From the human T2T-CHM13v2.0 reference genome, Homo sapiens: 64,000 bases of DNA. Positions 42,901 through 54,799 of this stretch are shown here, one piece after another (position 1 is the stretch's first letter; each line of letters starts with the position of its first letter). The notes under the pieces were generated by a model. It made no database searches. It had not been told where the DNA came from and was given only the letters and a program-made list of their open reading frames with translations. Where the stretch lies: assembly GCF_009914755.1 (NCBI RefSeq), contig NC_060927.1; one strand, written 5' to 3'. Position numbers and translations under genes: made by a program.

Positions 42901-44374
42901 TCTGTGTACAAAGCAGTTTTCTGTGCTTCCTCTAGCCACAGCAGCTTTCTGTCCAGGCTGCAGCACCAGGTGAGGAACAGCTTGACACTGGCCCCTCTGT
43001 ATCCACTACCCATCCGCTAGGTGACTCAAATCTAGGGGTGAAGCAGACAGAGGGGTTACCTCAGGCATTCTGGAAGCAATGAAGCAGCTGAAATTCAGAC
43101 TGAAGGAATGAGGAACTGTAAATACCCCTGGCTGGGTCATGGTGACCTGGAGGAAGCGTGCCATCTGGCCCTACAGACAGCCAAGCGCTCAGGCCGCCGC
43201 CAGTAACAGGGAAGGCACGTGGCTGGCCACCTGGGTCTGGGCACCACATCCAGGAAAGACAGCCCTCCCTCCATCACCCACCTCTTGCTCACTCTCACCT
43301 AACGTCAGACCTATTCTTTGCCATGACTGCCTCCATGTCCCCAGGGTCCTGTGTGAACTCCATGGTTCTTGCTGTCTATCCTCGTCCTTACCCCTCCCTG
43401 TAATCAGCCTGTCACTCCTCACCCCTCCTTGCTCTCAACCTGCCAACAAGTGTCTCTTCTACTCTAAGACTTCTAATTGCTTGAGGGCTAAGACAACAGG
43501 AAGGTTAGGATTGTTTCCAGAATAAAGGTTAGAAAGCTTTAGAGAAGCTTTCCTGTGGGGCCCTCAAGCAAAGGTGCGGAAAACTTCGGGACACAGGAAG
43601 ATCTCAACAGATAGTGTTCCAAAGTCAGACTGTCCGGTAATGGAGGGTGTTTTCATTGAAATTGCTCTTCCACACACTTTTGGTGTGCTGAACCCTGAGA
43701 GAGAAGAAAGGATCCCCCAATCCCAACCAGTCTGGACTAGAACCCGGACACCTCCGCCCCAGGTCAGACTCTGCCAGCTCACTGGCCCCTACCCCGATTC
43801 AATTGCCCTGCCCCACTGCACAGAGCAAGCCCTCTTCAGTTCTGTGTGTCAGGAACACGTGCCTCCCAGTCATGCCTTGGTGCCTTTGCACTCACTGTAC
43901 CTTCTTCCTGGGAGAACCAGCCCTGACTTCTCTGACTACTAGTTTCCTCATCTCAAGACACTGACCCCAGGAGTAGTCCACAGCTCTCTCTCCCTGGGTA
44001 TTCTCCACTTGCGATTTGGAGTTGGCATTTCTTGTTTACACATCTCTCAGGGCTGATGCACCTCTGCCACCCTCCCCCGAGCCCTCGCCTGGCAGTGGCC
44101 AGGGCAGTCACCCTGCAGGCAGTCTAACTGGCCTTTGTCTCCTAGCTCCCATTTCCCAAGGGGACCCAGGGGAGATGAGAGGAGAGGCTGCTCCCTGTCT
44201 CCTCCACTCCTTAATGAGTCCCCAGCAGGGACTGCTCAGCCACATAGAATTTCTGGGCCTCTCCGCTAGCCCAAATATCAAATGGGGGCTAATGATAACA
44301 AGATCAAAGGGGACACACTGTGTACACAACTGAAAATCGGCCCCATTGAGGGCTCTGTACATGAAAGGTATCAT

Positions 44375-44380
44375 TTTATT
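44375..44380 (-). terminator. CISH: CISH poly(A) signal AATAAA
   Basis: tttatt on the plus strand, about 1.1 kb past the CISH stop, at the end of an AU-rich UTR. Confidence 0.8.
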
Positions 44381-44968
44381 ATAGAGGTAATAAAATAAAG
44401 AGGTAATAAAGGTATAATGTCATTACAGAAAAATCAGTGGAAGAGAAAAGACCACCAAACTGTTCTTTGCTATAATTATTATTTCATGAAGTCTTATCAG
44501 ACGTGTATTTCTCTCCTCTCATGTGCAGGCACCTTCCTGGGCAGGAAGCAGACCTAGCAGAACTGCAGTGGCGGCCCTCAAACCAGCACCCCCTCTTCCT
44601 GACAGCACAGGCACTCCCCCCGGGGCCTGCGCCACAGTGAGACCAGCTCTATGCAGATACAGCTCTGTCCTGTGAGGGGGTGAGACACAGGCTCTGCTGG
44701 GGACTGAGGCTCCGGCTGCATTTTCTTACCTATTGTAGTTGTCCATCCTCCCCAAATATGGCTGGGGGCAGAAGAGAGTGGACACATTCACAGACGGGTG
44801 GGTCAGTACCAGGACATCCAGGATTGCCTTGGTTCCAGCAAGATGTCTCAGGATGGGCTTTCCACAGGGAAGAACCAGAGAAGCCAGGGCAGAGTTGGGG
44901 TCTCTGGACTACCAGGGCTCAGGGCATAGAGGTGGGGTTGGCTCGCCCCTGACACCAACCCCAAGGAG

Positions 44969-44984
44969 AATAAATAAATAAATA
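44969..44984 (-). promoter_or_regulatory. CISH: AU-rich element in the CISH 3'UTR
   Basis: UAUUUAUUUAUUUAUU, three overlapping AUUUA pentamers. Confidence 0.8.
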
Positions 44985-45475
44985 GTGTATAATTGTGCAG
45001 TCCCCTAGCCTGGCTTACCCCTCAACAAGGGGTCACTAGTCACTGTCGATCTCAGTTCCTCTGCATGTCATCCTCCCAGAAACAGAGGCTGGCTGCCAGT
45101 AGGGGTCCTACCCGACCCTGGGGATTGAAAAACCAGGGCTGAGAGTGCCCATACAGTTCAGGTGGCCAGGGCAGGCAAGCGAGTGGAGGTCTGGGCCCAG
45201 CCCACAGGTGAGACAAGGTCCTGCCTGTCTCCCCATCCTCTGACACATGGCTCAGTATAATGAAGCCACATGCGGCCTGGGGGCATTTACCTCCAAGTTG
45301 TGTGACACCTCCCCTCTCCCATGCCTTGCTCTTGCTGGCTCTTCCTGGGCCAGCTGCCAGAGGTATGCAGGCACCAGGATGCCTGGAGGAGGGACAGTGG
45401 GGGCCCAAGTCCAGCTGGGGCTGATGTCCCCTCCAGGGTGCGACTGGGTGAGGGTGGGCAGATTGCCCCGTACAG

Positions 45476-46011
45476 TCAGAGCTGGAAGGGGTACTGTCGG
45501 AGGTAGTCGGCCATGCGCCGGGGCAGTGGCAGGCAGTCCACGTCGGCCACCAGACGGTTGATGACAAGGCGGCACAGGTGTTGCAGGCTGCGGGCACTGC
45601 TTCTGCGTACAAAGGGCTGCACCAGTTTTAGGTGTACAGCAGTGGCTGGTGGAGGAGCAGGCAGTGCTGGGTCACTAGGCGCATCCTCCTTAGGCATAGG
45701 CAGGGCCGGGGTGGGAGCAGGATCGGGGCTGTCGCTTCGGGTATCAGCAGTGCAGGAGGCCACATAGTGCTGCACAAGGCTGACCACATCCGGAAAGGCC
45801 AGGATGCGTGGCCTGGACAAGCAGTTGGAGTCCAGACGGAAGCTGGAGTCGGCATACTCAATGCGTACATTGGTGGGGCCACGAGTGGTTTTCACTGACA
45901 GCGTGAACAGGTAGCTGGGGTGCGTGCTGTCACGTACTAAGAACGTGCCTTCTGGCATCTTCTGCAGGTGTTGTCGGGCCTCGCTGGCCGTAATGGAACC
46001 CCAATACCAGC
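45476..46011 (-). CDS. CISH: CISH last coding exon: SH2 domain, Pro-rich/PEST insert, SOCS box
   Basis: GWYWG...GTFLVRDS (SH2), [10 protein letters not shown]...[11 protein letters not shown] (SOCS box); acceptor cttgcctag|; stop at 45476. Confidence 0.98.
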
Positions 46012-46241
46012 CTAGGCAAGTGCAGAGGGGGCCAAGGGACATAGTGGAAATTAGCTGGGGTAACCAATCCAGGGCAAGTCAAGGCAGTGCCTCCAGCTTC
46101 ACGCTTCCCTAGAGAGGGCTGTGCCTCTCCCATCAGACTCTCCTGGGCCGGGCTATGCCTCCCAAATCAGACTCAAAGGCAGAACTAAGCTTCTCCCACC
46201 AGACTACTCAGGAAAAGGCCTGCCTCCCCCCTCAGACTCAC

Positions 46242-46462
46242 CAGATTCCCGAAGGTAGGAGAAGGTCTTGGCTATGCACAGCAGATCCTCCTCTGGGTCC
46301 AGCACCTTTGGCTCACTCTCTGTCTGGGCTGGGGTACCCTCTGCCACCTCCTCGAGGAAGGCCCCAGCAGGCAAGGGCTGCATGACTGGCTTGGGCAGTT
46401 CCAGGGACGGGGCCCACAGGGGCCGCTGCCCAGTCCGCTCCACAGCCAGCAAAGGACGAGGT
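46242..46462 (-). CDS. CISH: CISH middle coding exon ([10 protein letters not shown]...YLRES)
   Basis: ccttctag| ... CTG|gtgagt; 221 nt; 20+221+536 = 777 nt = 258 aa + stop. Confidence 0.96.
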
Positions 46463-48241
46463 CTAGAAGGCAGTGGATGAGCAGTGAGTGGAGGACCCAT
46501 GCTTCCCCCATCTCCAGAGACCCCCCTATGCCCCAGACTAGTTTCATGACCTCTGGCTGGCCCATCTCACTATGAGCCTCAGCTTCCCCTCTACCCAGCC
46601 ATGGGCTCAGTTAGTCCAGTATCTCGTTCCCCACTTGTCATCACAAAAGCCACCTTGATTGTTTCCATGTGGGGATCCTCTTTTGAAAGATTCTTTTCCA
46701 CTGCCCTGCATTTACTAAACAGTAATTAATTGCTCTCTATTTTATATCAACCAAAAACACAGATCATTCCCTATAGGCATGTCTAATGTTCTCACCACAC
46801 TGATAGGATTCAGTGCAAAGTAGCTTCATGTTTGTGCCCTCCTGGCTGAAGTGGGCTGATTAAATGGCCCACTGATGAATGGTCCTAGTTGAGATAGATC
46901 TACGACAGACAAGTAGATTTATCCTATGATAGATCTGTGTGGGGTCCTCCAGAGAAGCCCCAGGATTATGGTAGGCTGCCTGAGGTCACACGCTACCTCC
47001 CCATGGATAGGAGTGTCTCTCAGAGGGACCTAGGTCCACACTGGCCAGGACTTAGAGACTGAAATAATCCCCTACCCATACAAGTCAGCCTATCCTGGCC
47101 TCTGCTTCTCCCAGTGGAGGGTCTGGGGTGGACAGTGGCCTCTAAAGGCACTGGCAAGTCTCACCTCCTGTCAGTATGAGCTCCCACCAAGGGCAGGGAC
47201 CTAATCCACACTCCAGTTCCCACCCTGGCAAGCCAGCCCTACCAGGCTCTACGATCTTGTACAAAGCTTGCTCTTCACTGGGCTTCAGTTTCCCTTTTCC
47301 ACAATAAAGGGTCCCACCAACCCATGCACTGAGAGGTTCAGTAACACCATATTCTTGGATGGCTGGGGTTGGGGGAACTGAGCCGACCAAAATCTGAGTA
47401 GCAGCTTTCTCCTAGGGGAAGCCCACCCAGCAGGGTGATACTAGGGCTTCCTCCTTGGGAGGGCAGCAGGGACTGGCTCTACTTCCCCAGGAAGACAGCT
47501 GCTCCTCCCTCACTCCTTGCAAAATACATCTCCAAGCCTTAGTTCTGGGTCTAGTCCCTGGCTGGGCCTCAGGACACCGCCATAATGAAACCATGGCCTT
47601 GCCCTCAAGGAGAACCAGACTGGCTGGGGAAGATGACACTAAGAGTAATTATAATGCAAAGTCATAAAACTGCAGGTGTCACGGGGGAGTCAGGGTCTGC
47701 TTGCTCCTGAGCTGTGTCTTCCAGGCCAAAGGAAGGAGCTGGGGGAAGGGACCCCAGGTAGAGAGGACAGCATGGGCAAACAGCGCCAGTATTGCTTGTG
47801 AGGCAGGAAGGCGCAGGCAGGAGCTGGTGGCAGGAGCCAGACCTGACTCCTGTGTAGGTTATAGGTGACCCTCTAGGTTCTAACAAATCATGGCCCTATG
47901 ACCACTCACAGTGAGAAAGGGCCACACAACTCTGGCACACCACAGCCTGACAAAAACTTTTCCACACCTACCCTGGCTGTACTGTGGGATCTTGGAAATC
48001 CCTCTTGGAGAGCTGGAGGCCAAATTTTGAGATGACCTGCTTGCTGGGGCCCAGAGCTACCTTCCCAGGAGCATGGTTGGTGGCTAGCCAGTCAGGCTGG
48101 AACCTCTGTGGGTGGCCACGTCCAGATAGCTTAGCCGGTCCTCAGATCCCACATGTAGGTGTGGGCACCTTTGGGGCTGATGTGGTAGCTGGGTGTATGA
48201 ATAGCTGTGTTGATCACCACAAGCTCCTGGTGAGTGTGTAC

Positions 48242-48312
48242 CTGGGCAGGGGTGTGTCCATGGCTGTGTCATCATCATGGTGGGGACAGTGGCTGGTGTG
48301 TTCTAGGTACAT
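48242..48312 (-). CDS. CISH: CISH alternative N-terminus (MYLEHTSHCPHHDDDTAMDTPLPR), giving a 275-aa isoform. Probable exon 48242-48398
   Basis: ATG at 48312, donor CAG|gtacac at 48241, phase 2 matching the 46462 acceptor; peptide matches my recollection of the long human CISH isoform. Confidence 0.8.
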
Positions 48313-49499
48313 GTGTGTGCCCGCTTTGGAGCGCAGCAGTCTAAAACTTTGTTCCCTGACACCCAACAGTAGCCCTGAGCTTACAAGGGGGTGCTCACCT
48401 AGGGTAAAAAGTGAAAGAGGCTATGGGACCCCGGAATGCAGGGGGAGGCTCCTGGGGTGGAAGGCAGTGGTGGGGCAGGTATTCAGGAGTCCCAGAATGC
48501 AGACAGGAGGAAGGAACTTGCTGGAGACAGCAAGGGAGAAGTAGTCTTCCCAGCACCTCCATGTCCTCTTCCTTGGCCTCACCTTCCACCCTCCCTCACT
48601 TGGCACCAGGCCAGTTGCGATAAGCACAGCCACCCAGTCCTCCCTGAGTGCAGAACACCCATTTATACCTTCTTCCTCTCTCCTTGGAGCTTCCTGAGCT
48701 CCTGTCACATCACCATGGCCAGCATCAGACCCTTTGGTTGAAGGGGTTGCTGAGGTTCAGGACAGAGTGGATGGCCAGGAATGCTCAGCTCAGGTCAAGA
48801 CTCTGTCTTATCAGCATCCCCTCTCCACTGTCCCTTACCTCAAGTCTGGGAAATTTGAAGATGAGAGGCAGGAGCCAAGGTCCTTCTCACATTGGGATCC
48901 CAGACTGGGCTGAGACAGGGTTGTGAGACGATTGTGGGGGTACCCCAAGCAGGACCAGGCCAAACCCAGGGCCTCCCGAGAGTTGCAGACCATCAGGTGC
49001 CAGCCTGAGGAAAGGCAAGGATCTGCGGCTGGCTTCCCAAGAAGAGCCTACTTGCTAGCCTGGGGCAGGAGAGGGGACACCAGGACAGAGGGGGCCAGGG
49101 GCTGGTCCAAGGTTACTAGCAGGCAGGGCAGCAGGCAGGCTAGCGTAGAGTGCTCTGGGCCCAGAAGAATATCTGGGATTGTTGGCCACATCTTGGGGGA
49201 CGCCGTGCCGTTAGCATCCATCTGCTCCAATGAGAACCCAGGCTGAGCCCACCCTGTGAGTTCCTCCTTTAGCCGGCCAGCCCCCGGTTTCCCAATCCAC
49301 AGTGGGAATTGAGGTAAGTGTGTGGGGGCGGGGAGTGGGAGTGTCACAGCCCCACACAGAGCCTTGCTCCTGAGGTCCGTCTGCGCTCAGTCACCTCTGG
49401 CCCGTCAAGCCCTCCCAATGCCCGGCAGCTAGCACGAAGCCCCTGTTCTCCCGTGCGCCCCTCGTGGTGGCCGGGAAGGGGGCAGAGAGCCGCGCTTAC

Positions 49500-49519
49500 C
49501 CCTGAACGCAGAGGACCAT
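49500..49519 (-). CDS. CISH: CISH first coding exon (MVLCVQG)
   Basis: gacATGG Kozak at 49519; donor GGG|gtaagc at 49499. Confidence 0.95.
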
Positions 49520-49746
49520 GTCCCCGCGGCAGCGGCGACTCCGGAGTGGGGACTCGGCTGGACGGCGGCGGCTGGAGGGAACCAGTGGGCGCGGAGCGCG
49601 TGCTGGGTAGGCTCCCGGGGCGCGCGGGCGCAGGACAGGGACTGAGAGGCAGTGGCGCGGACCGCCTGCGAGGGCGAGGGGGGCGGGCCAGACGAGCGGG
49701 GCGGGGCGAGCTGCTGCCTAATCCTTTGTCTGCCGCGTTCCAGCCC

Positions 49747-49960
49747 TTCCCGGAAGCAGCGTCTTCCTAGAACCGCGGGCTGAGCGGTGGGGCCCGGGCG
49801 GGGTGCGCGGGCCCCGTCGCCGGGTCTGGGGCCCTGAGCAGTGAAAGGAAATACTTTGACAGATTTCCAAGAACTTTCCAGGAAAACGGGGCGGGGCCCC
49901 GCGAGCTGACCAATCGCGACGCTGAAGGTGGAGCCGAGCGGTCGGGGAGGGCCAATAGCA
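49747..49960 (-). promoter_or_regulatory. CISH: CISH promoter: four STAT5 GAS sites in two pairs, GC box and CCAAT boxes, within a CpG island (about 49380-50300)
   Basis: TTCCCGGAA 49747, TTCCTAGAA 49764, TTCCAAGAA 49865, TTCCAGGAA 49876; GGGGCGGGG near 49888; CCAAT 49910 and 49952. This is the established CISH architecture. Confidence 0.93.
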
Positions 49961-52121
49961 GCGCGTGGACCCGGGGCTGAAGCTACCCAGAGGGGCAGGT
50001 CGGAGAGATCAGTGGGGAAAGACCGGGTCGGGGAAGTTAAGGAGGGGCCCGGGCTCAGCAACCCGCGCCCAGATTGCCTTCTGGCATTCTGCGTCGTTGG
50101 GGAAGGGCCCTCTTATCTCGCGGTGGAACTCGTGGCAGGGCGGGGGGCGGAGTCCCGGGCTTGTCCTCCCTGCGAGCGGCTCCTCCAAGGAGGTCTGTCG
50201 GCGTGTGCAAGCGCCCCGTGTTGGGACGGCCGCTCCTGGACCCTAGGACTCTGTGTGTCGGGTGTCGGATTGGGTGGCATGGGGTGAGATCTGGAGCGGG
50301 ACTTAGGGCAGGGCGGGGTGCAGAGGACAGTTCCAGAAATGAGTGGGTCCACTGAGGTCAAGCCGGCGGTCACCACAGCCAGAAAGATCCAGACAAGAAC
50401 GTTTTCTTTGAAAGAGTTGAAGGAGAAAGCACGCCCCAACTTTTCGAATCAGGCAGACCATCCAGTCTTGGCTGGCACTGGTTTCTGGCCGGCCCTGCCA
50501 GTCAGGGGAGAAGAGACTACAGATTTGAGAAAGCAAGCAGAGACAGCCCCAGATGGCCCGGACTCTGGGTTGGTACCACCCCCACCCCCCGCCAGAAAAA
50601 AAATGCTGAGAGAGAGTCCTGCAACTCAAAACATAGGGAGATAATCTGGGAGTAGGGTGATAGAGGTTGGGGCGGGATGGCGGGGGCAGAGTAGTAACAC
50701 TCGCTCTTATCTACAGGGAGTACTTGCTGCATTTGATCCTCTACAACTGGTGTTGCTCCCGTTATGCGGACAGAAGACAGCCCCAGGGAACAAATGCTAG
50801 GAAATGGCAGGGTAAGAGCTTGGTCCCAGCTCTGAATCAGAAGCCCACGCTCCTACCAGGACCCTCTCCACCTTTTTTCAGTTCACTGGATTCACTATGG
50901 AGCATCTTGAAGGACTGTAGGGTCTGTGAATCTCCTCCAAACCCTTGGGCCAGAAGAACTGTGGGATTTGGAGAGGTTGCAGGGTCCACTCCCCACCCCC
51001 ATCCCCCTCCCAGTGTGTGCCCCCAGGGTCCCCAGAAAGGAGTCTAGCTCTGAGATCCTGGGCAGGGATGACAGACCCCTGGCCTTGTTGAAGGGCCTGA
51101 ACGATAGCATCCAGGGAAGACAGGGCTCAGTTTGCTCTGCCCAGAATGGCAGAGGGCAAAAGAAACCTGAAAGCAAAACCCTGTGAAACTGGGGAAAAAA
51201 CGTTAAGTTTCAGATTTCAGGGCAGTCACTTCTCTGTAGCTTTCCTGAAGGGAAGCCGGGCTTCATGAGTGCAACTCTGCCAGCCCCCTCCTGAGTTGGC
51301 CAGAAGCCACTTTCTTGGAATGGGGGTAGGGGGGATGGATACCTTATAACCCACTTTGAGGGCTGGGATACCTGGATAGCCTGATATGCGGCCCCTGTGT
51401 GGACCACTGACTTGCCAGTAGGAACTGTCCACTGTCTCATTACTATGAAGACAAAAGGACTTTGCCGCTGCCAGGCAACAGAGTTACAATTTTGAACTTG
51501 GGTCTCTTATGGGGCCAAATCCCAAGCTCTCTACCAAAACTATACTTCTTCCCCCTCACCATGACTATTCAACTGAACACTTACTATGTGTCAAGCACTC
51601 TCAGCAATTTGCAGCCTCATGTCATTGTCACAACTACCACATATTATCTCCTCTTTACAGGTGAGAAAACTGAGGCATGGAGAGGTTACAATATAACTTA
51701 GATCTCCCAGCTGGCAAGTAATGGTTTAAGCCAGGAGCCTACACACTTCCTCCTACTTCCTCTATGGGTGCTGGTGATCTGCCGACTCCTAGACATCCAG
51801 CTTTAAGGTCCTCAGTGAAGCTTCTCTGCCCCCAGGCCTGTCCATGTCAGAGCACCATGGGTGTCCCTTTGAAAGTATCTCCTACAGGTCAGTGATTATG
51901 CAGTCTATGTGTAAACCAAAGGGTTCCAAGGGTTTTGGCCTTCCAACTATTTTTGTGTGTGTGTGAATATGACAGCACTGTGCACCTCACCTGCATGCTG
52001 GGAACAGTGATGTGCCCCTGTTCTGCCCCAAGTACTAAGTTGGGTCCCTCTGGCCAACTTAGTACTTAATTCTCCTGCCCTGGCTGCTCCCTAGAAACCC
52101 TGGCTCTGATTGCTGGGCCCA

Positions 52122-52139
52122 CACTGCCACCTAGCGGTG
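52122..52139 (-). promoter_or_regulatory. CTCF motif
   Basis: Minus strand reads CACCGCTAGGTGGCAGTG, fitting the CCGCNAGRKGGCAG core. Confidence 0.7.
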
Positions 52140-52364
52140 CCCCCTCTCATGCCCTCACTAGCCAAATTTCCATAGATTCTTCTCTTCTAGGATAATCCCT
52201 CTCCTGCACCCCAGGGATTGAACTTACTGCAAGATTCCCCTGCCACTCCCTACCCAGAACAATCACAAGATGAATCACAAGAATACACAGCAGTGCCTTC
52301 CCAAAAGTCTCGCTCATTTGGCCTCCATCCTCTCACCATGTACAGCCTCCCCTCTCCAGTAAGG

Positions 52365-52368
<4 letters not shown>

Positions 52369-52403
<35 letters not shown>
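52369..52403. repeat. (TG)17 microsatellite
   Basis: Seen directly. Confidence 0.95.
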
Positions 52404-52405
<2 letters not shown>

Positions 52406-53170
52406 GATTTAGCCCCCCTCACTTTAAGCTATTCCAAAGTCTCTGTCCCCTTGGACACACAGCTACATGAAGGGCTGTGTGGCAGAGTCTGCCATCATGA
52501 ACCCACTCCTGACCAGACCTAGCCATCCTGCATGCCAAATCCTCCCATCATTGTGGAGGGGATGCTGCAGGTGGTTGCTGGAACATGAGCACTAAGGGAA
52601 ACCACATATTCTGACTTTCCTGGGCTAAGTGAGTAGTTTCAAGGCATCTCTCCGATGGACCCATGTGGGGAATGCGTGTGCCTGTGGAAGCATGGACACT
52701 GGTTATAGGGACTGGGAGGGGAGAAGCAGCACCTTTGCCTTACTTTTCATACTTCTGTATAATTTGAATTAATTACAATGAGGAAGTTTTACTTATGCAA
52801 CTTAAAATTTTAATAAAAGAGACCAGCTTAAAAAATACAATTATAAAATTTGTAGAGCAATTATAATCTAATTCCATTTTAAAGAAAGAAGACATCTTCA
52901 CAGAACATTCAGTGGGATGCCTTTGGCTGGGGCAAGGAGCCAGCCTCCACCCTCAGCTGCCTAGCCTTCTGCTCACCAGAATGACATCTTGCTCAGCCTC
53001 AGGTTCACCAGGCTCAAACTAGTTGCCTTCAGAGAGCAGAGAGCCTTCTTTGGCTCCCCCCAGCAGTAGAAGATTCCAGATCATAGGGCTTTCAAAGAGG
53101 CTCTGAGATCTTGAATCAGATTCTCAGGTTGGGCTCAGGGACATCAATCCTGGGTCCAGCTGGGCATAAA

Positions 53171-53405
53171 TGCATGTGTGTGTGCACATGTGCATGTGTA
53201 TCTGTGTGCATGTGTGTTATATGCATGTGTGTTTATACGTGTTATATGCATGTGTGTGCACATGTGTAAAGGTGTGACTGCATGTGTATCTGTGTGCATG
53301 TGTGTTATATGCATGTGTGTTTATACGTGTTATATGCATGTGTGTGCACATGTGTAAAGGTGTGACTGCATGTGTACATGTGTGAGAGTATGTTTGCACA
53401 TGTGG
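53171..53405. repeat. TG/TA-rich repeat containing an 88-bp tandem duplication
   Basis: Unit starts at 53191 and 53279, with a partial third copy at 53367. Confidence 0.9.
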
Positions 53406-54799
53406 CTGTGTGAGGAGCCAGAAAGGACTAGGAGAGGAGGCCATGGTTTGAGGATAAGAGCCCAGCCCTGAGGTTGTGCTTTGGAGTTGGAATGGGGGCT
53501 CTGTCATGACAGCTGCTGACCTCAGACAGGTCACTTAACCTCTCTGGGCTTTTCTGTCCTGTGTGTCTGTAGTGTGGGGCAGAAGGGATAGTGTGACCTC
53601 CTCTAGGCTCTGTAAGGTCAGGGGGTTGCAGGGAGAGCACATTCCCAGCATCTGGTCTGCAAGAAGTGTTCACTATGGCCAGCTGAGGCTATTGTCTGGA
53701 GCCTCCTGCTTCACTGAACACTGCTAGCTTGAAGGTTGCCTGAAAGAAATAGGGGCAGAGCCCCAACCCCATCTCCACTCAACATCTGCACACAGTGGGT
53801 ACCCACTAATAAGTTGTAGCACCCTTTCAGTCACTCATTCACTCATTCATTGACAGAAGATCATCTTTCCAAGAGCTACTTCTCTGATGAGCCTGCACAT
53901 GCAGCCCAGGGGTCCGTGAGTGTGCGTGTGTTAACCAGAGGGGCTGAGGGGGAGGCGCTCACTGGGCCTAAATTCCGGAGCCAAGAGTAGGATGGCTGGA
54001 AGACGCCTCTGAGTGGAACCGAGGTCCTGGTACCTGCAGTCCTGTAGATGGCCTGTAGATGACAGCAGAGGCCCATGCAGAGCCCCTGCGCTGAGCCGCA
54101 CCTTCCCAGTTCCAAGTGAGCCAGCTCGCTCAGGTCCCTCAGCTTCCGGATTGGGGGAGTGATGTGATGTGCGCAAGTAGTTCAGATCTGTCCCAGAAGA
54201 CAGCCACAGCCACCCTCCCTATGGCTCTAGACAAGTTGTTTTCTCCCCAGGGGTCCCAGTTTCCTCATCTGTGAAATGAGAGTTGCTTAACAGCCGGTGT
54301 TGGGAAAACTGGCTCAAAATACGTAAGGTAGTCTAAGATGGGCTTAACAGAGACTTATATGTGCAAGGCAAAACTAGAAAGCTAATGGAGAATATCTGTC
54401 ACTCGGATGGGAGACAGAGACTTTTTAAACACGACGCCAAAAGCCCAAACCATAAGGTGAAATGTTGGCGGATCTGATCAAATGGCAACTCGGGATTTCT
54501 GGTCCCCAGGATGCTGTATATACCAAAGGGAAGCAGCGAGTCAAGGGCATAAGCGGGAGCTGCAAAAAGGGGGCAGTCGCCAGTGCTGGAGACTCCCAGA
54601 GCCACCAGAGACTAAAGAGTGGCGAATTCAACAACGACAAGATGCCACTTCCCTCGGCATGTTTAAAAAGTTGAGTACGCTGAGGGTTGGCCAACACTAG
54701 GCAAGTCGGAAGCCTAGCAAGCCATACTGGAGGGCCACCTGGCAGCGTGCAGAGCAAACACCCGACTCAAGGAGAGCTTTCAAGAGAAATAAGACGTCC

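Noticed and set aside
45513-45898. Plus-strand and alternative-frame ORFs over the last CISH exon
   Set aside because: Shadow frames of a GC-rich coding exon; no independent splice or start support.
46893-46923. 11-bp hairpin in CISH intron 1
   Set aside because: Short, AT-rich and mismatched on the transcribed strand; too small for a pre-miRNA.
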